Shown here piece after piece: positions 1 to 10,204 of a stretch of DNA of 64,000 bases (positions are counted from its first letter, which is position 1; the number at the start of each line of letters is the position of its first letter). This DNA comes from Mobula hypostoma (Eukaryota). The stretch covers positions 27,840,001-27,904,000 of the forward strand of contig NC_086109.1 of NCBI RefSeq assembly GCF_963921235.1, written 5' to 3'. The notes beneath the pieces are model-generated. The model searched no databases, had not been told where the DNA came from, and saw only the letters and a program-made list of their open reading frames with translations. The position numbers and the translations under genes were made by a program.

Positions 1-900
1 AATCCTGTGGCAAGGCACAGGTTCTAATCAGCCTCCAACCACCGCAAACATTTTCCTTTGGTGAGGTATAACTCCAGCCAGTGAAGAATTGTCTTCATGC
101 TTCCCATTCAGCTTACCCAGTATTCTTCAATGCTGTCTTAATGTCAAAGGCAGTCACTCTTGCCCTGCCTCGGGATTTCATTGTTCTGTCCTTGTTTGGT
201 GCCAGATTGTAATGATATTTTCAGCAGGGTAGTCCTGATAGAATTCAACCTGAGCAGTGTTGAGCAGATTACGAATAAGAGCTTCCTCATACAGCAACAT
301 ATTCCATCCTTTCACTGATAATCAATGCTAGAACAAAGAAGTGGCAAATAATCTAGTTAGACTTGCATTGTTTCAAGTGGACCAGAAGTACCTGAGTAAT
401 TTATCTTACTGTCAGGCAGGTAACTGTACAACACCAACTCTGTTAAAAGTGCAGCTCATTCAGAAGCCTTGGTGTTCAGAGAGATCACAAATGCTCTATC
501 CAGTGCACTCAACCACTTCTTGACATTAGGCGGAGTATTGGATGGACTGTCTTCTGCATGGGATCATATCTAAGGAAGGACCCAACTTGGAGGCCCACTT
601 GGTTCTGTTGGCTGAAGATAGTTGAAAATGCTTGCACTGTACTTCAAATTCCCTACAACCTATTTAATTACTCAGTACTGCTCATGACCGAGTACGGCGG
701 GATGCAGAACTCCAAACCTAACCACTGTTCATGGGATAACTAAGTCCCACCTACAGCACATTTCATTCACTACGTAGCACCAATCTAAGCACCTGATGCT
801 GCTCCTGAGAAGCTTGTCACACTCTACATTGGATCTGGTTTGCTCCCCAGCTTGACTGTAATCACTGCAGAGAAGTATTACCTCTGGTGATGGCATGAAG
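1..900 (-). mobile_element. Old, decayed CR1-like LINE fragment (ORF2 region)
   Basis: Degenerate similarity to CR1 RT-region sequence on the minus strand (e.g. gtcaaaggcagtcactcttgcc); no intact ORF; boundaries approximate. Confidence 0.4.
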
Positions 901-1451
901 TGCCTCATATTTCTTTTTGCTACATCTTTTCTCCATCTATTCTATTCAATGTGATTATGGTGGCACAATCAGTTGGAGACAGGCATCATCTACACTTCGT
1001 GCAATACTACCATCTACAGATATGACATACACACTTTCAATGACTCCACAATTCATGTTCCCAGCAAAACGTATTTATATATTTATTTATTAGTCTTTTT
1101 TTGTATTAGCAGTTTGTCTTTTTTCGCAGATTGGGTGTTTGTCAATATTTGTGTGTACTTTTTCTCTAATTCTATTGTATTTATTTATTCTACTGTGAAT
1201 CACTACAAGGCGTTATCAGGGTAACATGTAGTGATGTATACATAATCTGATAAAAAATTTGCATTGAACTATCGGATGTTTATCATTCAGTGTTCATTCA
1301 GTGAATCAGGCTCGGCTATACTAGAATCATCTCCATTAAGAAACTATTTGACCACTTCCAACACCAGCTGCATCACATTTCCTTTACATCCAGAGAGAAC
1401 TTACTGGTCTGAAATTTAACAGGACTAATGATACCCACAACTTAACAACAG

Positions 1452-1749
1452 AGGCCAAGTGGTTAAGGCATTCGACTGGTGACCTGAAGGTCATGAGTTC
1501 GAGTACCAGCCGAGGCAACGTGTTGTGTCCTTGAGCAAGGCACTTAACCACACAGTGCTCTGCAACAACACCGGTGCCAAGCTGTATTGGCCCTTGCCCT
1601 TCCTTTGGACAACATCGGTGTCGTGGAGAGGGGAGACTTGCAGCATGGGCAACTGCCGGTCTTCCATACAACCTTGCCCAGGCCTGCGCCCTGGAGAGTG
1701 AAGACTTTCCAGGTGCAGATCCATGGTCTCGCAAGACTAACGGATTACT
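1452..1749 (+). mobile_element. tRNA-derived SINE
   Basis: A-box-like GGCCAAGTGG, B-box GAGTTCGAGTACC, body GTGTCCTTGAGCAAGGCACTTAAC; 10-bp TSD TTAACAACAG at 1442-1451 and 1750-1759; related copy at 22613. Confidence 0.85.
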
Positions 1750-3184
1750 TTAACAACAGTAGAGTGCTGGTTGACTGCTGTACAATGAGCGACTCTTCAC
1801 ATGTAAAACAATATGTGTACAAAAAACTCTCGTGCAAAGAAACTCAAAGATCTCATAATAGAGCAATCTATTTAAGCAGCATCTCTGCCTTTCTGCTCAA
1901 ACCTTCTAACTCTAGTTTACTGCAGCTGCAGATAGTTCTAGAGCTACTCATCAGCTTAATTCAACAGCACCTCCCAACCACTCTCTTGCATAGGAAGCCA
2001 AGAACAATAACTTCAGGGAAATGAGAATCAAAGGAATATCTGCAGGCAGTGGGAATCTGAAAGTAGATCAGAAAATGCTGAAAATGGCTAGCATCAATGG
2101 AAAGAGAAACCAGTCAACATATCAGGGTTGAGAGCTTGCATTTGAACCTTGTCTGATCACCATCTTAGGCGTGAAATGTTAATTTTGACTCTTTCCAAAA
2201 TTTCTCTGCTAGTGTCACATCAAGCCAACGAGTACCACTATTCTCTTTTCATTGCTGAATTAATATTCTGGAATTTTCCTATCAATGCCTCATCATCACA
2301 ATTACTCTTGGGATTTAAGGAGAAAATTCATTCCACCTCCTCTTGGGAATTGGGACAGAAAACAAATGTTGCCTTATCAGTTTTATCCAGAGCAAATATT
2401 AACATAGAATTATCTTCAGAAACATTATTTTCCCCCCCAGTACTCCTATGGAACATCTTACCCAAAGAGGGTACTTGGAATATATAACTATATGATTAGG
2501 TGTAATAGCACAGTGATTAAATACCTGTATTAACATTCAGAATTAAAAAAGTTGAGTTGAACCCCACCACAACATCTAAAGAACTGAACATTACGAACTA
2601 CTATGCCATGCCATTGGCTTCTGGACCCGCCTAGTGAAGGAAGCCATTGAAGTACACTAGAGAATAAGAATTTCAACAAAGACAAAGGTCTCACTTTAAC
2701 TAAGAACAAAAATATGATTTTAAACAAGGTGAGACAGTGGAAACCTGACTGGTTGAGGACTAGCCAATCAGGAAGGACGGATGACAGGAGAAGAGTTTAT
2801 GCTCAAGTACTTTAGGAAAGCACGCAATCCTTTTGAAGATTATAACTTTATTTTAATTACTTGAATTTTTTAAAGCATAGTCACTCTAATAGTAACCTCG
2901 AAACTGCTGGATCAGGGGTTCCTACCCTTTCTTTTAATGCCATGGACCCTTACCTTTAACTAAGCGGTCTGTGGACCTCAGGTTGGTATACCAGGTGTTA
3001 GTGTGACATCTGTATAGCACGAGCCTCATCACGTGTGACTAGTTGCCGCACTCTTTTGAGAAAATCAAATAACACTAGGTGCTAATAGGCCATCAGAAGA
3101 TTCTAGGTATCAGAAGGATGCAGTGAAAAGAAACCACACACTTCTGGAAATAGGGTTTGTTTATAAGGAAAAAAACAATATGTA

Positions 3185-3430
3185 CAAAATACAAAAAATG
3201 CTGGTGAATGCAGCAGGCCAAGCAGCATCTATAGGAAGAGGTATAATCAATGTTATGGGCCAGGACCCTTCGTCAGAACTAACTGAGAAAAGAGATATTA
3301 GTCCTGACAGATGGTCCCTGCCCGAAACATCAACTGTACCTCTCCCTATAGATGCTGCCTGGCCTGCTACGTTCACCAGCACTTTTTGTGTGTGTTGCTT
3401 GAATTTCCAGCATCTGCAGATTTCCTCGTG
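3185..3430. repeat. Inverted (palindromic) pair of Penelope pseudo-LTR fragments
   Basis: Left arm GCTGGTGAATGCAGCAGGCCAAGCAGCATCTATAGG is the near reverse complement of right arm CCTATAGATGCTGCCTGGCCTGCTACGTTCACCAGC; same sequence as the Penelope end at 6168-6310. Confidence 0.8.
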
Positions 3431-5169
3431 AATATGTACAAAATATTTACATGAGCAAGAACAATTCAAAATTCAAACATTCTGTTTAGGTTTCAAATCC
3501 TAGATATCAAACCAAAACAAATTTCTTTTTAATTAGAATCGGTGAGATTCCTTTACTACCCTAATCTCTCTAACTAATTTGATCTGGTGTTATTCCGTAT
3601 TTAAAAGTTTACAGACTAAACTTTCCTTTTTACTTATCCATAGTTAGTTAGAAAACCAAATATAATTCCTATTCTCAAGTATTATAATTAACTTCAATTT
3701 CAGTTCCAGGCAATATACTTACAAGTTTAAATTCTAATTCAAAAATTATATATACACAGTTCAACTCCTTTCACGACAATTCTCCAACATCACAACTCTT
3801 AAACAAAGTAAATCTCATTTAGTAACTTAAAGTCTTTGCAAAAGTAATCAGTTCTTGCAGAACATCAAATTCGGATTCTTCGAATGAAAATAAACTTATA
3901 CATCCAAACGTATTAAATCCTCTGCGTCATTACACATTTCATTCCATGCTGGTTGTTCATCTTGGGTGGCTCGCCATCTTGTGTCTTGGTTTCGTTGGAA
4001 TGAAATAGTTTATCATCCACAGAAAGTCAATTCACAAACTTGTATAAATCTTGACCAAATGCCTTGGTATGATTTTGCAGAACTAATCCCTGACTACACG
4101 GTAGGGATTTTGGATACTCGTCTCTGCCAATATTTTCTCATTAAAGCTGCTGCATGTTACAGCTGCAGCTTCAATAAATCTTTTATTGCTATTATCCCTC
4201 TTCCAGGGGTTTCACCCTGAGGGTTTCAAATTAGCAGGGTATAGACACTTACTGCTAATTCCATTCTTAACAGTTTATGTCTTCAGCTTCTAATCATTGC
4301 TGCGTTTCTCTCCTTGTCCATCCTGTGTCCAACTTACCCCACTCTCACATAGCGTTTTTTTCAAACTCTCTTTTTTTAAAAATTGGTAAACCTCGTTTTC
4401 ATCCCTCAGCAGGCAGAACTTTCTAACATTACAACTTTGGGTTTAATTAACCTGGGTTATACTAGTTTGATACAAAACCTAGGAGGTTCAGTAAAACTCC
4501 TTCAGAATTAGAAATCTATTAGTTTTACTCAGATTTGTCTGTACACGAATGCAAACCCATTAATGTAAATGGCAATTAGAGATTGGCAACAAATGCTGCC
4601 ATTACCAGTGGGAAGGCCACACTCTGCAAACAGATTTTGAAAAATAAACTAAGGGTACAGAGACTACACAAAAATGATAAGCATTTGGAGTGTTGATAAC
4701 TGAATGTTTGAACATAATGTCTCTGATAATTTAACTTAATTACAAATTATCCTTATTTTGAATATTATGGGCCCAATCATTCTGGCAGTCAGAACTAAAG
4801 CCATTCACATTCAATTGAAGATGTTTCCAAACATATAGCTATGCATTGAAAGTGTAAAGCTTACTGACATACTGGATGCTGAGTCTACTAGATTGTCTCT
4901 GAATTATCATCGGGAGTCTGCATCGTGTTGTATCTAGGTCAAGATATACAAAATGCTATTACTAACTAAATGTGGCCATTTAGAAGCTCCTAAAAATCAG
5001 AGAAAGCCGTGTGAGAAGAAGAAACACTTCTTTCCAAGAAGGCAATGCCCCAAGCATCAGCTGCTGTCAGGGATGCTCCAGGTTGGAGGCTCGACACTTC
5101 ACCATCTGTGGACTATTTGAAATAAATACCGAAACACTGCAGAAAACCAAGACCAGCACAAGTAAACGC

Positions 5170-5600
5170 AAACTTCTGGACACCAGCATCAGAATGAGGT
5201 TTATCATCATTCTCTTCTGTGACACTAAATTTGTTGTTTTGCAGCAGCAGGAGCAGCGAAAAGATGTAAAATTTACTAAAAATGACAAAATAAATAAATA
5301 GTGCAAAAAATATTAATCAGGTAGGTTTCATAGACCATTCAGAAATCTGAAAAGCAGTGGGAGAAACTGTTTCTAAATTATTAAGTGTGGGTCTTCAGGC
5401 TCCTAGACCTTTTTTCTGAAGATAGTAACAAAACGAGGGCATGTCCCAGATGGTGAAAGTCCTTAATGTCTTTTAGGTGTCCTTGATAGTAGAGAAGTGT
5501 CACCCAAGATGTCCTGGATGGTAGACAGCGTTACTCAAGATGTCCTTGATAGTAGGGAGTATTGTGCCCAAGATGGAGATGGCTAGTTTTGTGACCCTCG
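5170..5600 (-). mobile_element. Rex-Babar-like LINE 3' fragment
   Basis: Resembles the 3' ends of the Rex-like copies at 10205-11400; carries a ~31-bp triplication at ~5478-5575. Confidence 0.5.
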
Positions 5601-5940
5601 CAGCGGTCCCCAACCACCGGGCCGCGGACCAGCACCAGGCTGCGAAGCATGTGCTACCGGGCCGCGAGGAAACGATATGAGTCAGCTGCACCTTTCCTCA
5701 TTCCCTGTCACGTACTGTTGAACTTAAACATAGGGTTGCCAACTGTCCCGTGTTTGCCGGGACATCCGGTATATTGAGCTAAATTGGTTTGTCCCATACG
5801 GGACTGACCTTATCCCATATTTCCCCCGCTAAGGTAGAGCGTTCCTATGAAACCTTTTGTGCCAAAATGGCGTAAAGTGAAGAAGCAATTACTGTACCAT
5901 TAATTTATATGGGAAAAAATTTTGAGCATTCTCAGACCCA
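5601..5940 (+). mobile_element. hAT-Charlie left-end fragment with nested TAGGGTTGCCA-type hAT fragment
   Basis: Starts with TIR CAGCGGTCCCCAACC and matches the left end of the 25296 element up to ~5730, then switches to TAGGGTTGCCAACTGTCCCG. Confidence 0.7.
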
Positions 5941-5944
5941 AAAT

Positions 5945-6165
5945 GTTCAGGATTTGTAAGGCACTGGTGAGGCCTCATTTAGGAGTATTGTGAGCAGCTT
6001 TTGGACTCTCTATCCAAGAAATAATGTGCTGACATTGCAGCGGGTTCAAAGGATGTTCACAAAAATTATTCTGGGATTGACAGACTTAAAATGAGTGTTT
6101 GATGGCTCTGGGCCTGTACTCACTGGATTTCAGAAGAATGAGGGAGAATCTGATTGAAATCTATC
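5945..6165 (+). mobile_element. CR1 ORF2 3' fragment
   Basis: Translates to LGLYSLDFRRMRENLIEIY, the same CR1 C-terminal motif as other copies in the window. Confidence 0.75.
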
Positions 6166-6167
6166 AA

Positions 6168-6922
6168 AAACAACAGGAATTCTGCAGATGCTGGAAATTC
6201 AAGCAACATACATCAAAGTTGCTGGTGAATGCAGCAGGCCAAGCAGCATCTGTAGGAAGAGGTGCAGTCGACGTTTCAGGCCGAGACCCTTCGTCAGGAC
6301 TAACTGAAGGAAGAGTGAGTAAGGGATTTGAAAGTTGGAGGGGGAGGGGGAGATCCAAAATGATAGGAGAAGACAGGAGGGGGAGGGATAGAGCCAAGAG
6401 CTGGACAGGTGATTGGCAAAAGGGGATATGAGAGGATCATGGGACAGGAGGTCCAGGAAGAAAGACAAGGAGGGGGAGGGTTGGTGAGAAAGACAAGGGG
6501 GCGGTGACCCAGAGGATGGGCAAGAGGTATATTCAGAGGGACAGAGGGAGAAAAAGGAGAGTGAGAGAAAGAATGTGTGCATAAAAATGAGTAACAGATG
6601 GGGTACGAGGGGGAGGTGGGGCCTTAGCGGAAGTTAGAGAAGTCGATGTTCATGCCATCAGGTTGGAGGCTACCCAGACGGAATATAAGGTGTTGTTCCT
6701 CCAACCTGAGTGTGGCTTCATCTTTACAGTAGAGGAGGCCGTGGATAGACATGTCAGAATGGGAATGGGATGTGGAATTAAAATGTGTGGCCACTGGGAG
6801 ATCCTGCTTTCTCTGGTGGACAGAGCGTAGATGTTCAGCAAAGCAGTCTCCCAGTCTGCGTCGGGTCTCACCAATGTATAAAAGGCCACATCGGGAGCAC
6901 CGGACGCAGTATATCACCCCAG
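6168..6922 (-). mobile_element. Penelope-like retroelement, 5'-truncated (GIY-YIG end plus pseudo-LTR)
   Basis: ORF 6624-6962(-) GVIYCVRCSRCGLLYIGETRRRL...EH...VATHFNSTSH is a PLE GIY-YIG endonuclease; followed by a pyrimidine-rich UTR and terminal repeat. Confidence 0.92.
6266..6301 (-). ncRNA. Minimal type I hammerhead ribozyme motif in the Penelope pseudo-LTR
   Basis: Minus strand reads AGTC-CTGACGA-AGG gtctcgg CCT-GAAAC-GTC-GACT: both core boxes, stem I AGTC/GACT, stem II AGG/CCT, GUC cleavage triplet, palindromic ACGU stem III. Confidence 0.8.
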
Positions 6923-7895
6923 TCTCCGACCTCACTACTACTGTTAGGTGGCCTGTACACAACTCCCACCTGCGTTTTCTGCCCCTTAGTGTTATGCAGC
7001 TCTACCCATATCGATTCCACATCTTCCCGGCTTATGTCCTTCCTTTCTATTGCGTTAATCTCATCTTTAACCAGCAACGCCACCCCACCTCCTTTTCTTT
7101 CATGTCTATCCCTCCTGAATATTGAATATCCCTGAACGTTGAGCTCCCATCCTTGGTCACCCTGGAGCCACGTCTCTGTGATCCCAACTATATCATAATC
7201 ATTAATAACAATCTGCACTTTCAATTCATCCACCTTGTTACGAATGCTCCTGGCATTGACACACAAAGCCTTCAGGCACTCTTTTACAACTCTCTTAGCC
7301 CTTATACAATTATGTTGAAAAGTGGCCCTTTTTGATACTTGCCCTGGATTTGTCGACCTGCCACTTTTACTTTTCTCCTTACCACTTTTTGCTTCTACCC
7401 TCACTTTACACCCCTCTGTCTCTCTGCACTGGTTCCCATCTCCCTGTTGTGAACTAACCTCCTCTCGCCTAGCCTCTTTAATTTGATTCCCACCCCCCAA
7501 CCATTCTAGTTTAAAGTCATCTCAGTAGCCCTCGCTAATCTCCCTGCCAGGATATTGGTCCCCCTAGGATTCAAGTGTAACCCGTCCTTTTTGTACAGGT
7601 CATGCCTGCGCCAAAAGAGGTCCCAATGATCCAAAAACTGGAATCCCTGCCCCCTGCTCCAATCCCTCAGCCACGCATTTATCCTCCACCTCATCGCATT
7701 CCTACTCTCACTGTCGCGTGGCACAGGCAGTAATCCCGAGATTACTACCTTTGCGGTCCTTTTTCTCAACTCCCTTCCTAGCTCCCTATATTCTCCTTTC
7801 AGGACCTCTTCCCTTTTCCTACCTATGTCATTGGTACCTATATGTACCACGACCTCTGGCTCCTCACCCTCCCACTTCAGGATATCTTGGATACG
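6923..7895 (-). mobile_element. CR1 LINE internal fragment (ORF1 SGNH esterase C-terminal half plus ORF2 APE N-terminus)
   Basis: ORF 7506-7850 HIGTND...DGLHLNPRG; ORF 6868-7500 NARSIRNK...GITETWL...GGGVAL...YRPP. Confidence 0.92.
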
Positions 7896-8034
7896 ATCAG
7901 AATATAGCCTAATAGTTTATTCTCAGATACTCTTGAATAAATGGCACTATTCGTCGTGAAGATATTTTGCGAATTGTACATTTCTGTTCATTTACTTGTC
8001 TATAATAAAGCAAGAAAACAAGGGGACAAAATAA

Positions 8035-8163
8035 AAACAACAGGAATTCTGCAGATGCTGGAAATTCAAGCAACACCCATCAAAGTTGCTGGTGAACGCA
8101 GCAGGCCAAGCAGCATCTATAGGAAGAGGCGCAGTCGACGTTTCAGGCCGAGACCCTTCGTCA
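8035..8163 (-). mobile_element. Solo Penelope pseudo-LTR fragment with hammerhead core
   Basis: Near-identical to 6168-6300; 11-bp flanking duplication GGACAAAATAA at 8024-8034 and 8164-8174; minus strand CTGACGAAGGGTCTCGGCCTGAAACGTCGAC. Confidence 0.85.
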
Positions 8164-8459
8164 GGACAAAATAACTAGCATATCAAGCATAATTTAGTAC
8201 AGACTTACAGTTCAAGTAAATATTTACCAATGAATCATTTATTACCCAACCTCATGTGTAATTCAGATAATTATATATTCATAGATATTTCAATATCTTT
8301 GTCACAATTCCTTGGAATGACTTTTAAGATCACTTTTACTATCAGTGATAGATTTGAATTCTCTTGACCCTTCTTTGTCAAGTACCACTCATGAATTCCA
8401 CTTCTAGTCTTTAGATTAATTGATGTCCCATAAAATAATATTACACCTCACAAATATGT

Positions 8460-8590
8460 TTCTGACGAAGGACCTTGGTCCAAAATACTGACTGTTTATT
8501 CCCCTCCATAGATGCTGCCTGACTTGCTGAGTTCCTCAGCATTTTGTGGGTGTTCCTCTGGATTTCCAGCATCTGCAGAATCTCTTACAT
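8460..8590 (+). mobile_element. Older Penelope pseudo-LTR fragment
   Basis: CTGACGAAGG...ATAGATGCTGCCTGACTTGCTGAGTTCC...CAGCATCTGCAGA; GAAA box mutated. Confidence 0.7.
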
Positions 8591-10204
8591 TTTTGTTATG
8601 AGCAACACAACTTTTTGCAAAACATTTATAAAAGGGGAAATTTCTAAATTTAGATGCATACAGGTAAAGCCGTCATCCCCGTGTGTATAATTATAGCTGG
8701 GTCAAAGTGGGTTAGACAGCATCACACCTGTAATAACATCCCAGAATCAAGAACATCTGCATTTATGGCAAGCTTATGGACAATTCAAAATGTGAAGGAC
8801 AAGAAATGGAAGAATCAAAATTAAAAATGTACAAAAATTAAAATGATATAAATTAATAGGTAAATCTTTTAACATTTGCTTGAATCGTTTAACTAAGTTA
8901 ACTATACTGGGAGAAACAGAAATTAGCAAAATTGCACAAAAATATAAGAAACTAATATACTATAATTAACTAAATTATTCTACTCATTACTATAGGCGTC
9001 CAATTTTTTAAAAAGTCCTAACAGAAGTAAAATTCTGTTAGGTTTTGTATCATTGGTAACTGTCCCGGTTTCAAGTTCTGCAAAACTGTGAGTTTCCAAG
9101 ATGCAATTACTTGAAATAATGGTTATGGTAACTTATGCATCCAAATATATAGTTTAAGGTTGAAGTCACACGCAAATTGCGGATATCTATTCCAATTTAA
9201 CATTTGTGAATTAGCTTTATTATAAAAGGTTATGTTTTGGACTGGAGGAAAGTAGGTACAGTAGCCTCCCCCACAGGTTGGTTCTGGGACCACTGCTCCA
9301 TTTAAATATACATGAATGTCTTGGACTTGCGTGTATAGGTGATAATTTTCAAATCTACAGACAACACAAAACTTAGGAGGGTTCAGGGACAGAGAAATCT
9401 GAGTGGACCGAGTGCAAGAAATGGGAAAGCAAGGCAGAGTATTAAAGAAATTATAGGCGTAGAGTACAAGAACAACTAAATCTGATGAAGCATTTTAAAC
9501 ATAAACTGCTGCTGGAATACTATGTACAGCTAGGAGTAAAGCCCTTAGACAGAGTAAACAGGGTTGCGATAGTGATATCAGGAGAAAGATTTTAGTTACA
9601 TGGATGGACTGGAGAAACTGGAATTAACAAGGGGTGTATTAAACACGTATAAAAACATGAAAGGTCTAGTCAAAAAAGGCAGATTGGAATGGCTGTCATG
9701 AGTAGAAGGGTCAAAAAGCAAAGTACGTAGAGTAATTGTCAATGACAAAACAAGCAGAAGCAATTTAATTTCTCGTGTTTCATAGGGAAGGGATAAGAAT
9801 TTACAGGGCTACTGGGAAGAGACAGGCAAGTAGGACTACTTGAAATTCTCTTCCATAGAGCTAATACAAACTCACAGGCTAAATAATGTTCTGTGCTGTA
9901 AGTTCTCCGTATTTATGTATTTAAGTTCTCTGTATTCAGTATTTATGAAGAGCTGATCATGATTAATACTATTTAGTTGCTCCATTGTATCAATGAAAGT
10001 CTTTTGAAAGCTAGAGTTAAACATTGTGGTGTGCCAGGACTCTGTATTTGCTATGTGAATATCATTTTGCACTGATTTTACAAAAACTATCTTTTAAAGT
10101 ATTTTCACTTTAATACAAAAGTGGCAGTATGACTATAGGTTTATTTTGAAGAAAATAAACATCAAAATAAATATGAAAATAACAATATTCATTGCAATAG
10201 ATAA

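Noticed and set aside
1452..1530. tRNA-like A/B boxes (also at 22620 and 52570-52630)
   Set aside because: SINE heads with SINE bodies (TSDs at the 1452 and 22613 copies); no complete cloverleaf, so not tRNA genes
5478..5575. Three ~31-bp repeats with variable centres (CRISPR-like look)
   Set aside because: Diverged tandem triplication inside a LINE fragment in eukaryotic DNA; no spacers or cas genes
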